Part shown: in pieces, positions 9,147 through 25,777 of the stretch
Layout of the letters: every line of letters begins with the position of its first letter
How positions within the stretch are numbered: the first letter of the stretch is position 1
Assembly: GCA_043827405.1 (NCBI GenBank)
Contig: JBDRPD010000013.1
Span: forward strand, 32,990-96,989
Reading direction: 5' to 3'
Source of the DNA: Elusimicrobiota bacterium
Lineage (GTDB): Bacteria > Elusimicrobiota > Elusimicrobia > UBA1565
Length of the DNA stretch: 64,000 nucleotides
Translations under genes and position numbers: made by a program
The notes under the pieces: generated by a model
Seen by the model: only the letters and a program-made list of their open reading frames with translations
Databases searched by the model: none
Told to the model about the DNA's origin: nothing

Positions 9147-9156
9147 GGAGGTGGCG

Positions 9157-11160
9157 ATGCGCAGGATCCTGGCGAGACAACTGGCTCTGTCTCTCGCGCT
9201 TTCCGGCTGGAGCGCCCCCCTGCGGGCCTACGCGGCCTGCCCTTCCGCCGCCGGCCTCAACCGCCTCGGGCAGCTGGCTCAGGGAGAACCCCTGCGGCAG
9301 GAAGACTTCCCGCTCACCCACAAGGCCTTGCGGCAGGCGCGCCCCGAATGCGGCGCCGACTGCTTCGCCGGTTTGCTGCTCGGCGGCGCCGACGGCGCGA
9401 TCCGCCTGACCCCGCCGGGAAAACAGCTCCTAATCCAGGCGGCCGCGCAATGCGCTCCGTACCGTTTTCTTCCCGCGGGGCCCCGTCCCGCCTTGCCGGC
9501 GAAGACGGTCGAGCTTCGCGGCGCCGGGACACCGCTGCGGAATCTGACGCAGCCGGACGGCGGCAGGTATTTCGACGGCGCCGCGGAGCTCAAGCCGGCG
9601 GTCGCGGTCGGCGCCGCACGGGGCGCATCCTACACCGCCGCCGTCATCCCGGCGCGCGTGACCGCGAAGCACTCCGGCCTGAGCCTCAACCGGGATCCGC
9701 CGGCTCCCGCGCTCGAATATCCTGAAGACATAAAAGCCAAGAAGGAGTTCTGGGGACGCCTCAAGGGGATGTTCGGCAGCATGGCATCGTTTTACGCGAA
9801 CCAGATCACGGGCGCCGGGACCTGGGTCCACGAGAAGGGCCATGAGATATTCATCCGTCTGCTGCACAACCCCAAGCATCTCGAGGTCCAGGTCGACGGC
9901 ATCGAGAATATGCGCAATGTGGGCCGCGCCCCCTCCTGGGACAGCCTGAAAAAATTCCTCGGCAGCCATGATACCCATCAGGACGGCGCCGCCGGCTACG
10001 CTTCCTACGGCGGCTTTCAGGATACGCCGCTCGGTACCCGGCTGGGAGATTCGGCCTCCACCGCGATCATCTCCGCCGCCGGCTCGCTGGCGCAGGACGT
10101 TCCCGCCATCGCCGGCTACGCTGCGGGCTTCATGCTGCGCAAGAAACATCCGGCGATCGGCTATACCCTAATGACCACCTCGATGATGAACCACTTCGTG
10201 AACTCGCTCTATTTATGGAGTGCCGTCGGCATGTCCGCCGAGCAGCTGGCTGCGGCCGGCCGTTCCGGCCATGACTGGGCCAAGTTCGCCACGGCGACCC
10301 AAATTCACCCCGTTATCACCGCGCTCGCCTTTACCGCGATCCTCCCGCTGGAAGCGCTGACGCTGCACTATGCGAGCAAGGCCTATGCCCGCAAAGTCAA
10401 CGATCGCCGCGCGCTCGGCAGCCTGATCGAAAAAGGAGATATCGCGGAAATCGACCTGCTGGCGCTCTACGAACTATATCCCGGGCGCGATAAGCTGCAG
10501 CTGGCGGAGGCCCGGCTGAGCGAGCTCATGCAGGCGTACGACAAGAAGCGGGGCGCTGAGTCGATAGCCGGCATGCAGGGCGCCGCCGGCATCGTGGCCA
10601 AGGAGTTTGAGAAGTTCCAGTCTTACGTGATCAAGACCTACCGCGCCGAACTTGACGCCGAAATCGAACGGCTGCCCAAAATAGAAAGAGAGACGCTGGC
10701 GAATGCGGTACGGCAGGTCAAGGCGTATTACCGCGCGCGCTACCGGGCCGACAAGCTGGGGACCGGCATGGAAGTCGGCACGATCGGCGTGGGCGCCGCC
10801 GCCGGCGTCGCCGCCGCCGCCAGGGCCGCGGGGCTCGCGGCGGCCGGCACGGCGCTCGAAGTAATGATCCCGGGCCTGGGCGCCCTCGGCGTGGCCTCCG
10901 GCCTGCACCGGACCCGTAAAGCGCTGCGCGACGCCTCGCTTAACGGCGTTGAAAAGACGCTGGCCGTAGTGCAGCATGCCAGCGGCGCCGTGGGCTCTTT
11001 GGGCATGATCACCGCCGAACCCCTAATGATGCTCGGCGGCATGGCGGGCTCGCTGACCGCCCTCGGCGCCCGCTGGCTCTACGGCAAGTGGCGGGAGCGC
11101 AAAGAACGGCTGCTGACCGCTTTCGCCGTCCCGCTTCTTCCCTGCCCCGCGTACGCCTAG
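9157..11160 (+). CDS. Exported protein: FDG-type leader, M50-like HExxH metalloprotease domain, C-terminal hydrophobic helices
   Basis: Signal peptide, YFDG at 9568-9579, WVHEKGHE, ISAAG, GHDW, Gly/Ala-rich hydrophobic C-terminus; GGAGGT RBS. Confidence 0.65.
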   Translation: MRRILARQLALSLALSGWSAPLRAYAACPSAAGLNRLGQLAQGEPLRQEDFPLTHKALRQARPECGADCFAGLLLGGADGAIRLTPPGKQLLIQAAAQCAPYRFLPAGPRPALPAKTVELRGAGTPLRNLTQPDGGRYFDGAAELKPAVAVGAARGASYTAAVIPARVTAKHSGLSLNRDPPAPALEYPEDIKAKKEFWGRLKGMFGSMASFYANQITGAGTWVHEKGHEIFIRLLHNPKHLEVQVDGIENMRNVGRAPSWDSLKKFLGSHDTHQDGAAGYASYGGFQDTPLGTRLGDSASTAIISAAGSLAQDVPAIAGYAAGFMLRKKHPAIGYTLMTTSMMNHFVNSLYLWSAVGMSAEQLAAAGRSGHDWAKFATATQIHPVITALAFTAILPLEALTLHYASKAYARKVNDRRALGSLIEKGDIAEIDLLALYELYPGRDKLQLAEARLSELMQAYDKKRGAESIAGMQGAAGIVAKEFEKFQSYVIKTYRAELDAEIERLPKIERETLANAVRQVKAYYRARYRADKLGTGMEVGTIGVGAAAGVAAAARAAGLAAAGTALEVMIPGLGALGVASGLHRTRKALRDASLNGVEKTLAVVQHASGAVGSLGMITAEPLMMLGGMAGSLTALGARWLYGKWRERKERLLTAFAVPLLPCPAYA

Positions 11161-11167
11161 GCGGAAA

Positions 11168-12499
11168 CTACTCCGGCCGCAGCAGCTCGAAAGCCGTCGC
11201 CGCCAGAGCCTTGGCCCCGGCGGGCGGCGCCCGCTCGGGGTCGGGCAGGAACGTCGGCGAATGCAGCCCGGGCGGACCGTCCGGGGACTCCCGCATCGCC
11301 GCGGGCGTGACGACGCCCAGGCGGAACATAAACGACGGCACCGGCGGCTCGACTCGCCCGTAGCGCGCGAAATCGTCGCCTCCCATGCCCGGCAGGTTGC
11401 CGGCGACATTGTCCGGTCCGAACACTTCACGCAGAACGGGAAGCAGGCGCGCGGTAAGCGCGGGGTCATTATAGCCCGGAGGCAAATACGGCTCGTAGAA
11501 CTTCACTACCGGCAGCCGGTCTTCAGGAAATCCCGCCGCCCGCGCCGTATTCTCGGCCAGACGCCGGATGGCTCGCAGAATCTTCTCGCGCACCGGCTCC
11601 TCGCGCCAGCGTATGGTCAGTTCGAGCTTAACCTCTTCCGGGATGATATTGCGCTTGGTGCCGCCATGGATCGTGCCCACGGTAACGACCGCGTCATCGG
11701 TGGGCTTAAGCTCCCGGCTGACGATAGTCTGCAGCGCGTTCACAATCTGCGCGGCCAGCACGATGGGGTCTTTAGTCGTATGCGGATAGGCGCCATGGCC
11801 GCCCACTCCGCGCACCGTGATGTCCGCCGCGTCTATCCCGGCATTGTAAAAGCCCGCAGTATAACCGGCCTTGCCGACCGTCATGGCGGAGGCGGCATGG
11901 AGCGCGAGCGCGTAGTCCGGCCGCGGAAAGCGCGTGTATAGGCCGTCCTGAAGCATCTTCAAGGCGCCCTTGCCCCGCTCTTCGGCCGGCTGTCCGACCA
12001 GGACCAGGGTTCCCGACCAGGCCGCCCTGCTCGCGGCCAAAGCTCGAGCGGCGCCGACCAGCGAGGCCATATGCACGTCATGGCCGCAGGCGTGCATGAC
12101 GGAGACCTTATTTCCCTTATGGTCCTTGGTCGTCACTTTGCTGGCGTAGGGGGCGCCGGTCTTCTCTGCAACCGGCAGGGCGTCCATGTCGGCACGAATC
12201 AGCACCGTCGGGCCGTCGCCGTTCTTGAGCAGGCCGACAACTCCGCGGCCGCCGACGCCTTCGGTCACGCTATAGCCGGCCCGGCGCAGCTCCTCGGCGA
12301 TACGCTTGGCGGTATCAACCTCGTTGAGTGAAAGCTCCGGATGGCTGTGCAGATGTTCGTAGAGCCGGCGCAGATAAGACGCGTCCTTATCGACGTGCTT
12401 AAGCAGTTCGGCACGGCCCGCGCTCCAGGCCGCGCCGGCGGCCAGCAGAAAGAGGGCGGCGGCCAGCGGCGCCGCGCGGCGGCAGCGTATATTCATCAT
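11168..12499 (-). CDS. M20D-family amidohydrolase with signal peptide
   Basis: HPELS, RADMDALP, MHACGHDVH, QPAEE, GGHGAYPH, GGDDF, LHSP. Confidence 0.92.
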   Translation of the reverse strand: MMNIRCRRAAPLAAALFLLAAGAAWSAGRAELLKHVDKDASYLRRLYEHLHSHPELSLNEVDTAKRIAEELRRAGYSVTEGVGGRGVVGLLKNGDGPTVLIRADMDALPVAEKTGAPYASKVTTKDHKGNKVSVMHACGHDVHMASLVGAARALAASRAAWSGTLVLVGQPAEERGKGALKMLQDGLYTRFPRPDYALALHAASAMTVGKAGYTAGFYNAGIDAADITVRGVGGHGAYPHTTKDPIVLAAQIVNALQTIVSRELKPTDDAVVTVGTIHGGTKRNIIPEEVKLELTIRWREEPVREKILRAIRRLAENTARAAGFPEDRLPVVKFYEPYLPPGYNDPALTARLLPVLREVFGPDNVAGNLPGMGGDDFARYGRVEPPVPSFMFRLGVVTPAAMRESPDGPPGLHSPTFLPDPERAPPAGAKALAATAFELLRPE

Positions 12500-12524
12500 G
12501 CCTCTTTGTATCAATTTGCCGCGC

Positions 12525-12899
12525 TTAATCGTAACCCAGCTCGCGCAGGCGCTGTTCGGATAATCCGAAATAGTGCCCAACCTCGTGCAGGAAGGTCCGA
12601 TGGATCTCGCGTATCACGGCGTCTTCGCCGCCGCCGCAGTGCTCCATGATCGGCTTGCGAAACAGCGTAATCTTGTCGGGCAGCACTCCAGAGTAGCCCG
12701 TATCCCGCTGGTTGAGCGGAATCCCTTCATAGAGCCCCAACAGGGTCCAGTCCTTTCCGCGATCCCGCAGCAGGGCGCGGTGCCGCGCGGCGGGGCGCTC
12801 CTCGACGACGATCTCAATATTTTCGAGCGCCCGGCGGAACTCTTCCGGCAGGCGGTCGACGGCGAGGGAGAGGAGCTCGCGGAATCGGTTTTCCCGCAC
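12525..12899 (-). CDS. Zincin-like metallopeptidase (DUF1025/Zincin_1)
   Basis: LLGLYEGIPL..R, PDKITLFR, HEVGHYFGL. Confidence 0.9.
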   Translation of the reverse strand: MRENRFRELLSLAVDRLPEEFRRALENIEIVVEERPAARHRALLRDRGKDWTLLGLYEGIPLNQRDTGYSGVLPDKITLFRKPIMEHCGGGEDAVIREIHRTFLHEVGHYFGLSEQRLRELGYD

Positions 12900-12918
12900 T
12901 GGGCCTCAACCGCTCCCG

Positions 12919-14800
<1,882 letters not shown>

Positions 14801-14818
14801 CGGGGCATTGTACTAAAC

Positions 14819-16258
14819 CTACCCCTTCAGCACGCCGAGCGGGCTCATACGGGCGACCTTGCGGGCAAGGCCCGCCTGATGGCAGACTTCGACGACTTCC
14901 ACCACGTTCTTGTAGGCGAACGGCGCTTCCTCGGCGAAGCCCCGCCAGGAATCGGTACGCACTTCGATCCCGCGCCGCGTCAGCTCCTGGGCGAGTTCGC
15001 GGCCGCTTATCCTCTGGGCCGCCTGCGTGCGGCTCATCAGCCTTCCCGCGCCGTGACAGACCGTCCCGAATGTCTGCTCCATGGCCCGCTCGGTGCCGAC
15101 CAGCACATAGGAGTGCGTGCCCATAGAACCGGGCACCAGCACCGGCTGGCCCGCACGGCGGTGCGCCTCCGGCACCTCCGGATGCCCGGCCGGAAACGCC
15201 CGGGTTGCGCCCTTGCGGTGCACGCAAAGGCGCCGCTCGCGTCCGCCGACGCGGTGGGTTTCAATCCTGGCGATATTGTGGCTGACGTCATAGACGACAT
15301 CGAGTCCAAGCTCGCGCGGCGACAGGGAAAGCGCGCGCATCGCCGCTTCGCGGACCAGGTGAGTAATGACTTGACGGTTGGCGAGAGCGAAATTAGAGCC
15401 GGCGCACATGGCGGCGAAATAGTCTTTCCCCTCGGCCGACGTCAGCGGCGCACAAGCCAGCTGGCGGTCCGGCAGCGCAATCTTGTAGCGCGCGCGCGCC
15501 TTCTGCATGGCCTGCAGGGAGTCCGCGCATATCTGGTAGCCGCAGCCGCGCGATCCGGTATGGATCAGCACGACGAGTTGGCCCGGGAACAGCCCGAACG
15601 CCTCGGCGACGACAGGATCATAAACCGCGTCCACCGCCTGCAGTTCCAGAAAATGGTTGCCGCTGCCCAAAGTCCCCACCTGATCGCGGCCGCGTTCCAG
15701 GGCGCGCCGGCTCGGCCGGTCCGGATCGGCGCCCGCCACCGCGCCGCCGTCTTCCAGCATGTCGAGGTCGCAGCGCTCGCCGTAGCCCGCGGCAACAGCC
15801 CAGCGCGCGCCCTTGCGCAATACCCGCTTCATATCCTCCCGGCTCAGCTTGAGACGGCCGCCCTTTCCGACGCCGGAGGCGACGCTGCCGTGCAGCGCGT
15901 CCATTAAGACGCCGATCCGGCCGCGAACGGACGCGGCCGTCACGGCGCTGCGCAGCAGCCGCACTCCGCAGGAGATGTCGTAGCCCACCATGCCGGGGGA
16001 GATCACGCCGTCGGCGGCATCCATGGCGGCCACGCCGCCCACCGGGGCGCCATAGCCCCAATGACAGTCGGGCATGGCCAGGGAATAGCCGACAATGCCG
16101 GGCAAGTGCGCGACGTTCGCGACCTGCTGCGCCACCCGCTCGCGCTCGATCTTGGGCAGCATGGCGGCGGACGCGTATATTCGGCCGGGAACACGCATGC
16201 CGCCCGAGCGCTCCAGCTCGAACAGATAATCGCCGATCTTCTTGAGTTTATGGCCCAT
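14819..16258 (-). CDS. rtcB: RNA-splicing/repair ligase RtcB
   Basis: [53 protein letters not shown]. Confidence 0.95.
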   Translation of the reverse strand: MGHKLKKIGDYLFELERSGGMRVPGRIYASAAMLPKIERERVAQQVANVAHLPGIVGYSLAMPDCHWGYGAPVGGVAAMDAADGVISPGMVGYDISCGVRLLRSAVTAASVRGRIGVLMDALHGSVASGVGKGGRLKLSREDMKRVLRKGARWAVAAGYGERCDLDMLEDGGAVAGADPDRPSRRALERGRDQVGTLGSGNHFLELQAVDAVYDPVVAEAFGLFPGQLVVLIHTGSRGCGYQICADSLQAMQKARARYKIALPDRQLACAPLTSAEGKDYFAAMCAGSNFALANRQVITHLVREAAMRALSLSPRELGLDVVYDVSHNIARIETHRVGGRERRLCVHRKGATRAFPAGHPEVPEAHRRAGQPVLVPGSMGTHSYVLVGTERAMEQTFGTVCHGAGRLMSRTQAAQRISGRELAQELTRRGIEVRTDSWRGFAEEAPFAYKNVVEVVEVCHQAGLARKVARMSPLGVLKG

Positions 16259-16292
16259 TTTGCCAACCCAGAGTCTATGCTATTCTCTACCC

Positions 16293-17129
16293 ATGAGAAA
16301 AATTATTTTGACCCTGTGCGCTTGCGCGATACCGTTCCCGATCACGGCGGCTCCGGCCCCCGCCGCGAAAGATATGCGGCCGGTTGTCCTGCTTAAAACC
16401 TCCGAGGGGGACATCACGGTCAGGCTCTTCCCGGACAGCGCCCCCAAAACCGTCGAGAACTTCCTCGATTTGGCGGCGGGCAAGAAAGAATGGACGGACC
16501 CCGCGTCGGGCAAGAAAGTAAACAAACCCTTCTATGACGGCCTCGCTTTCCATCGTGTCATAGAGAATTTTATGCTGCAGGGCGGCTGTCCGCTGGGCAC
16601 CGGTACGTCGGGCCCCGGCTATCAGTTCGCCGACGAGATCAACGCCAAGGCGCTGAATCTGCACCAGGAACGTGCCCTGCGCGAAAACGGCGCCCCGCAT
16701 GACTGGCTGCTGATCCGCAACGGCGCCGACCTGCAGCGGACCCTGATTCATCCACTCGCCCGCAAGCTCGGCATCAAGACCCCGGAGGAGTTCGACCAGC
16801 GCCGCGACGAACTCAACAAGAAGCTGGAAAAGCTGACGCTGAAGGAAGCCTACGAGAACCAGGGCTACGTATACTCCGCTACCCTCAAGTCCCGCCCGCC
16901 CAAGCGCGGAGTCCTGGCGATGGCCAATTCGGGCCCGAACACCAACGGCTCACAGTTCTTCATTAACCTGGTGGACACGGACTGGCTGACCGGCAAGCAC
17001 ACCGTATTCGGTGAAGTGATCAAGGGCATGGACGTCGTCGACGCTATCGGCAAGAAGTTCGGGGGGCGTGAGACGCCGGAAGAAAAGGCCCGAATCCTTT
17101 CGATCCGCCCGATCAAACGTCCAGAATAA
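16293..17129 (+). CDS. Exported cyclophilin-type peptidyl-prolyl isomerase with internal insertion
   Basis: Signal peptide; [44 protein letters not shown]. Confidence 0.92.
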   Translation: MRKIILTLCACAIPFPITAAPAPAAKDMRPVVLLKTSEGDITVRLFPDSAPKTVENFLDLAAGKKEWTDPASGKKVNKPFYDGLAFHRVIENFMLQGGCPLGTGTSGPGYQFADEINAKALNLHQERALRENGAPHDWLLIRNGADLQRTLIHPLARKLGIKTPEEFDQRRDELNKKLEKLTLKEAYENQGYVYSATLKSRPPKRGVLAMANSGPNTNGSQFFINLVDTDWLTGKHTVFGEVIKGMDVVDAIGKKFGGRETPEEKARILSIRPIKRPE

Positions 17130-17529
17130 CGCGCGCGGTCCATATGCCGTTCTTGCGGCTGACCGCCAGCCCGTGGTAAGTGGCGGCCTTAATCTCGACG
17201 GCGAGCGGCGTCCGGCTCGACAGCTTGCGGCCGGCGCAGCGCGCGTGGAGCTCGGTCTTTCCGGCCTCGTCGAATAAAATTTCCAACGGCACCCACCGTT
17301 CGGTATTCACGTAGTAAATCAGCTCGTTGAGCCAATCCACGAGCAGCTCTTCCGGGGTCGCGGTCTCAAGAACGATAACCGCGCTTTGCTTCGACGGCCC
17401 GCGCAGCGCGCCGACTCCGAGGATATCCAGCAGGCCGCGGGCGGCGTTGTTATAAAACGTCTTAAAAGTCCGGCCCTTGATCTGCAGCCCGACCTCGGAC
17501 GTATGCGGAAGGATGCGGTATCCTTCCAT
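17113..17529 (-). CDS. Archease
   Basis: [26 protein letters not shown]-terminal ILDV. Confidence 0.92.
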   Translation of the reverse strand: MEGYRILPHTSEVGLQIKGRTFKTFYNNAARGLLDILGVGALRGPSKQSAVIVLETATPEELLVDWLNELIYYVNTERWVPLEILFDEAGKTELHARCAGRKLSSRTPLAVEIKAATYHGLAVSRKNGIWTARVILDV

Positions 17530-17533
17530 GCCG

Positions 17534-20044
<2,511 letters not shown>

Positions 20045-20051
20045 ACAGCCT

Positions 20052-22652
<2,601 letters not shown>

Positions 22653-22949
22653 TTATCCGTTCATCGTCCGGACCCCTTTGATCCAGGAACGCTTAAAATA
22701 TTTATTAAGACTCTTAACCAGCTGCATGCCGCGCATCTGGAGCTCATGCGCCGCCGCGGGCGAGCGCACCTTGACGCACAAAACGCCGCGCCGTATCCCG
22801 ATCAGGTTCCACTGCCGGGAGAACATTCCGACTTCATTCTCCCACACTTGGTTAAGAATAAGCATGCGCTCCGATTCGAGGCCGGAACGCCGGGTCCACG
22901 CACCGAGGATATCCCCGGCTTTCGCCATGCGGGGCTTTCGGCCGTCCAT
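22653..22949 (-). CDS. DciA/DUF721 family protein
   Basis: W...VG......GVL.V.V.SPA.AHELQM pattern; located between dnaN and gyrB. Confidence 0.75.
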   Translation of the reverse strand: MDGRKPRMAKAGDILGAWTRRSGLESERMLILNQVWENEVGMFSRQWNLIGIRRGVLCVKVRSPAAAHELQMRGMQLVKSLNKYFKRSWIKGVRTMNG

Positions 22950-22951
22950 TC

Positions 22952-24055
22952 TTACGCGCGCATCGGCATGACGACGTATTTATACCCTTCCGCGTTCTCC
23001 TGCTCTATCAGAACGGGGTTAACGGGCGTCGTCAGGCTGATAATGACCTTTTCCGACCCCATCGCCTTTAATCCATCCAGGATATAGCTCGGGTTAAACG
23101 CGATCACAAAATCATTGCCTTTGTATTCCGCCGGCAGCTCATCCTCGAACTCCAGGGTCTGACTGGAGGCGGAGACATTAAGCGCCCCCTTCTTCAGTTT
23201 AAACTTGATGGAACCGCCGCGGTCGGTAATGCAGAGCGATGCCTGCTTTGTTATCGTCATCAAGTCTTTGGTATTGAATTCGACCTGGATATCCTTCTTC
23301 GTCGGGATAACCTGTTCATAGTTGGGGAAGCTTCCTTCCACCAGCCGGGAAAGCATGGTCGTCGTATGGGTCTGAAACGCTACCTGGTTTTCCGTAATGC
23401 CGACAAGAATATCCTCTTTCTCATCACCGGCGCTCATCATCCGCAGATACTCGTGCAGAATTTTGGTCGGGATGATGGCGCGAAACTCCTTATCCTTCGG
23501 CAGAATATTCCGCTTCACCGCTGCGAGCCGGCGCCCATCGGTCGCGACCATCTCCAACGCACCGCCGGAAGCCGCCCAGAACACCCCGTTGAGCACATAG
23601 CGGGTTTCATCCGACGATGCGGCAAAGGCGGTACGGCGAATCATATCCCCCAGTTCGCCGAGGGCCACCGTAAAGGCTTTTTTCTTATCGAAATCAGGAA
23701 TAATGGGATACTCGGACTTCGGCGTACCGTTAATGATAAAGCGCGAGCGCCCGCACTTAATGAGCACGCGGTTCTCTTCGCTCATGGATAGAAAAATATC
23801 CTTCTCATCGGGCAGTGTGCGCAGGATATCTGAAAACTTCTTCGCGGGGATGGTTATACTTCCTTCCGTTTCTATATCCGCGTTCAAATAGTGCTTAACG
23901 CCCATCTGCAGATCGGTGGAAACCAGTTTCAGCTTGGAGTTTTCCGTTTCCATCAGGAAGTTCAGCAGTATCGGCAGGGTCGTACGGCCCGACAAGGCAC
24001 TCTGGATGGTTTGCACGCCCTTTAACAGTTCTTCTGTCCGACAATTGATTTTCAT
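22952..24055 (-). CDS. dnaN: DNA polymerase III beta clamp
   Basis: TLPIL, STDL, DETRYVLNG, VATDGRRL, FPNYEQVIP, VVMPMR. Confidence 0.97.
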   Translation of the reverse strand: MKINCRTEELLKGVQTIQSALSGRTTLPILLNFLMETENSKLKLVSTDLQMGVKHYLNADIETEGSITIPAKKFSDILRTLPDEKDIFLSMSEENRVLIKCGRSRFIINGTPKSEYPIIPDFDKKKAFTVALGELGDMIRRTAFAASSDETRYVLNGVFWAASGGALEMVATDGRRLAAVKRNILPKDKEFRAIIPTKILHEYLRMMSAGDEKEDILVGITENQVAFQTHTTTMLSRLVEGSFPNYEQVIPTKKDIQVEFNTKDLMTITKQASLCITDRGGSIKFKLKKGALNVSASSQTLEFEDELPAEYKGNDFVIAFNPSYILDGLKAMGSEKVIISLTTPVNPVLIEQENAEGYKYVVMPMRA

Positions 24056-24220
24056 ATTTAATCATCCTCTTCATCCAAGGATAATTGGATGTGGATAAAG
24101 CTCTAAAGTCTAATTTTATAAATCGCTTTTTTCGGCGCCGCCAAGTTGAAGTTATCCATCTTATGCACAAGGCGTTGGGTTATACCCAAAAACAGCCTTC
24201 CGCCTCACTGGTTTTCCACA
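24056..24220. other. oriC subregion between dnaA and dnaN
   Basis: DnaA boxes TGTGGATAA 24090-24098, TTATGCACA 24161-24169, TTTTCCACA 24212-24220; degenerate TTATCCATC 24152-24160 and TTATACCCA 24180-24188; AT tract near 24111-24123. Confidence 0.8.
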
Positions 24221-25557
24221 GAGCGTATATGTTCCGTCAGCTTGTTAACGTTCTCGACAAAAAACGGATCGCTGCCCAGCATCTTTTTTATCTTCTCGCG
24301 GGCATGAATAACGGTGGTATGATCCCGCCCGCCGAAGGCCTTGCCGATCTCCGTTGTCGACATGTCGGTCAGCGTGCAAGTCAAATACATCGCCAACTGG
24401 CGGGGAAAAGCGATTTCATTGGTGCGTGAGCGGGACTTCAGCATCTTTAAATCGATTGAATATTTATCGCAAACTTCGCGTTGGATCGTTTCCAGCCGGA
24501 TGACGGGCTCCGGATCGACGCCGATGGAATCCTTCAGCAGTTCCTTGGCGGTATCGACCGTCAAGGGATTACCCGTCAACGAGGCAAAGGCGCTAAGCCG
24601 GATGAGAGCGCCTTCCAGCGCGCGGATATTGGATTTTATCACCGTGGCGACAAATAAAATAATATCGTCTGGAACAAAAACCTTTTCCGATTCAGCCTTT
24701 TTCCGCAGGATGGCTATCCGCGTCTCGAGGTCGGGGGCCTTGATATCGGAGACGACGCCCCATTCCAGTCGAGAGATGAGACGCTGTTCGGACGGCGCCA
24801 TTTCTTTGGGCGCCCGGTCCGAAGCGATGACGATCTGTTTGCGGGAATCGAACAGCGAATTAAAGGTATAGAAGAACTCTTCTTCGCTGCGGCCCTTGCC
24901 GATCAGGAACTGAATATCGTCGATCAACAAACAGTCGAGGTGGCGGTATTTGCCGCGGAACTCCTCAGGTTTGTTGTAGCGCAGAGAGTCTATGTACTCG
25001 TTGACGAACTGTTCCGAGGTGGTATAGAGGACGCGCGAATGCGGCTGGCTTTTTCGCAGCTGATGGCCGATAGCGTGCATTAGGTGGGTCTTCCCGAGCC
25101 CGACACCGCCGTAAATGAAAAAGGGGTTGAACTGCCGGCCCGGGTTTTTAGCGATGGCTTCCGCGGTCGCATGCGCGAAACGGCTGGAAGGTCCGACGAC
25201 AAATGATGCGAACGTGTAGCGCGGGTTCAGCTCGCTCAGCGTGAATTCGGTTTGCGGCCGCGCTTCCGGCAGGGGATCCGCTTGCGGCAGAATACTGCTG
25301 AGATCTTTTTCTATATCGTAATCGATGCCGATCGATTTCCCGGTTATTACTTTCAAAGACGCTTCAATTTTCGGCTGATAATGATCCTTGATCCATTCAG
25401 CAAAAAACTTGTTGGGGACCTTCAAAATCAATCGCTGTTTGTCCAGGCTCATGGCTCGAACGGGCTTCAGCCAAAGCTCGACATTGTCATCGCCGATGTC
25501 GCTTCTGAGAGCCGCAACGACTTCGCTCCAGATGTCGGCTGCTGTATTATTGTTCAC
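24205..25557 (-). CDS. dnaA: Chromosomal replication initiator DnaA
   Basis: NPRYTF..FVVG, GGVGLGKTHL, LLIDDIQF, SNIRALEGAL, FGGRDHTTVIH. Confidence 0.98.
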   Translation of the reverse strand: MNNNTAADIWSEVVAALRSDIGDDNVELWLKPVRAMSLDKQRLILKVPNKFFAEWIKDHYQPKIEASLKVITGKSIGIDYDIEKDLSSILPQADPLPEARPQTEFTLSELNPRYTFASFVVGPSSRFAHATAEAIAKNPGRQFNPFFIYGGVGLGKTHLMHAIGHQLRKSQPHSRVLYTTSEQFVNEYIDSLRYNKPEEFRGKYRHLDCLLIDDIQFLIGKGRSEEEFFYTFNSLFDSRKQIVIASDRAPKEMAPSEQRLISRLEWGVVSDIKAPDLETRIAILRKKAESEKVFVPDDIILFVATVIKSNIRALEGALIRLSAFASLTGNPLTVDTAKELLKDSIGVDPEPVIRLETIQREVCDKYSIDLKMLKSRSRTNEIAFPRQLAMYLTCTLTDMSTTEIGKAFGGRDHTTVIHAREKIKKMLGSDPFFVENVNKLTEHIRSVENQ

Positions 25558-25625
25558 AGGTTATCCACAAGTGGGGATAAGTTAAAATATAACTATAAAT
25601 AAAGAGTTTATTAAAGTAATTTAAG
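25550..25625. other. DnaA boxes at the dnaA start plus AT-rich tract (upstream oriC/autoregulatory region)
   Basis: TTGTTCACA 25550-25558 over the GTG start, TTATCCACA 25561-25569, TGGGGATAA 25572-25580, then an almost pure A/T stretch. Confidence 0.75.
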
Positions 25626-25678
25626 GACCATTTCGGCAATTATGAATAATGATTGCGCAAAGAGCCGAACTTATAGAT

Positions 25679-25707
25679 ATCCTATTTAATTTTCAATATA
25701 AAGTCAA
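25679..25707 (-). promoter_or_regulatory. Putative dnaA promoter
   Basis: Minus strand TTGACT-N17-TAGGAT. Confidence 0.55.
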
Positions 25708-25723
25708 TGAGATGAGGGTGTTA

Positions 25724-25752
25724 TTGACAGCCTTTCGGCAAAGAGCTAAACT
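25724..25752 (+). promoter_or_regulatory. Promoter of the hpf-PTS operon
   Basis: TTGACA-N17-TAAACT; AAGGAG RBS at 25761. Confidence 0.75.
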
Positions 25753-25777
25753 TGCTCTCTAAGGAGCGTTATCAGCC

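Noticed and set aside
8905..9321. N-terminal extension of the PAS protein in the ORF track
   Set aside because: Crosses the regulatory region and the start of the divergent gene; not protein-like.
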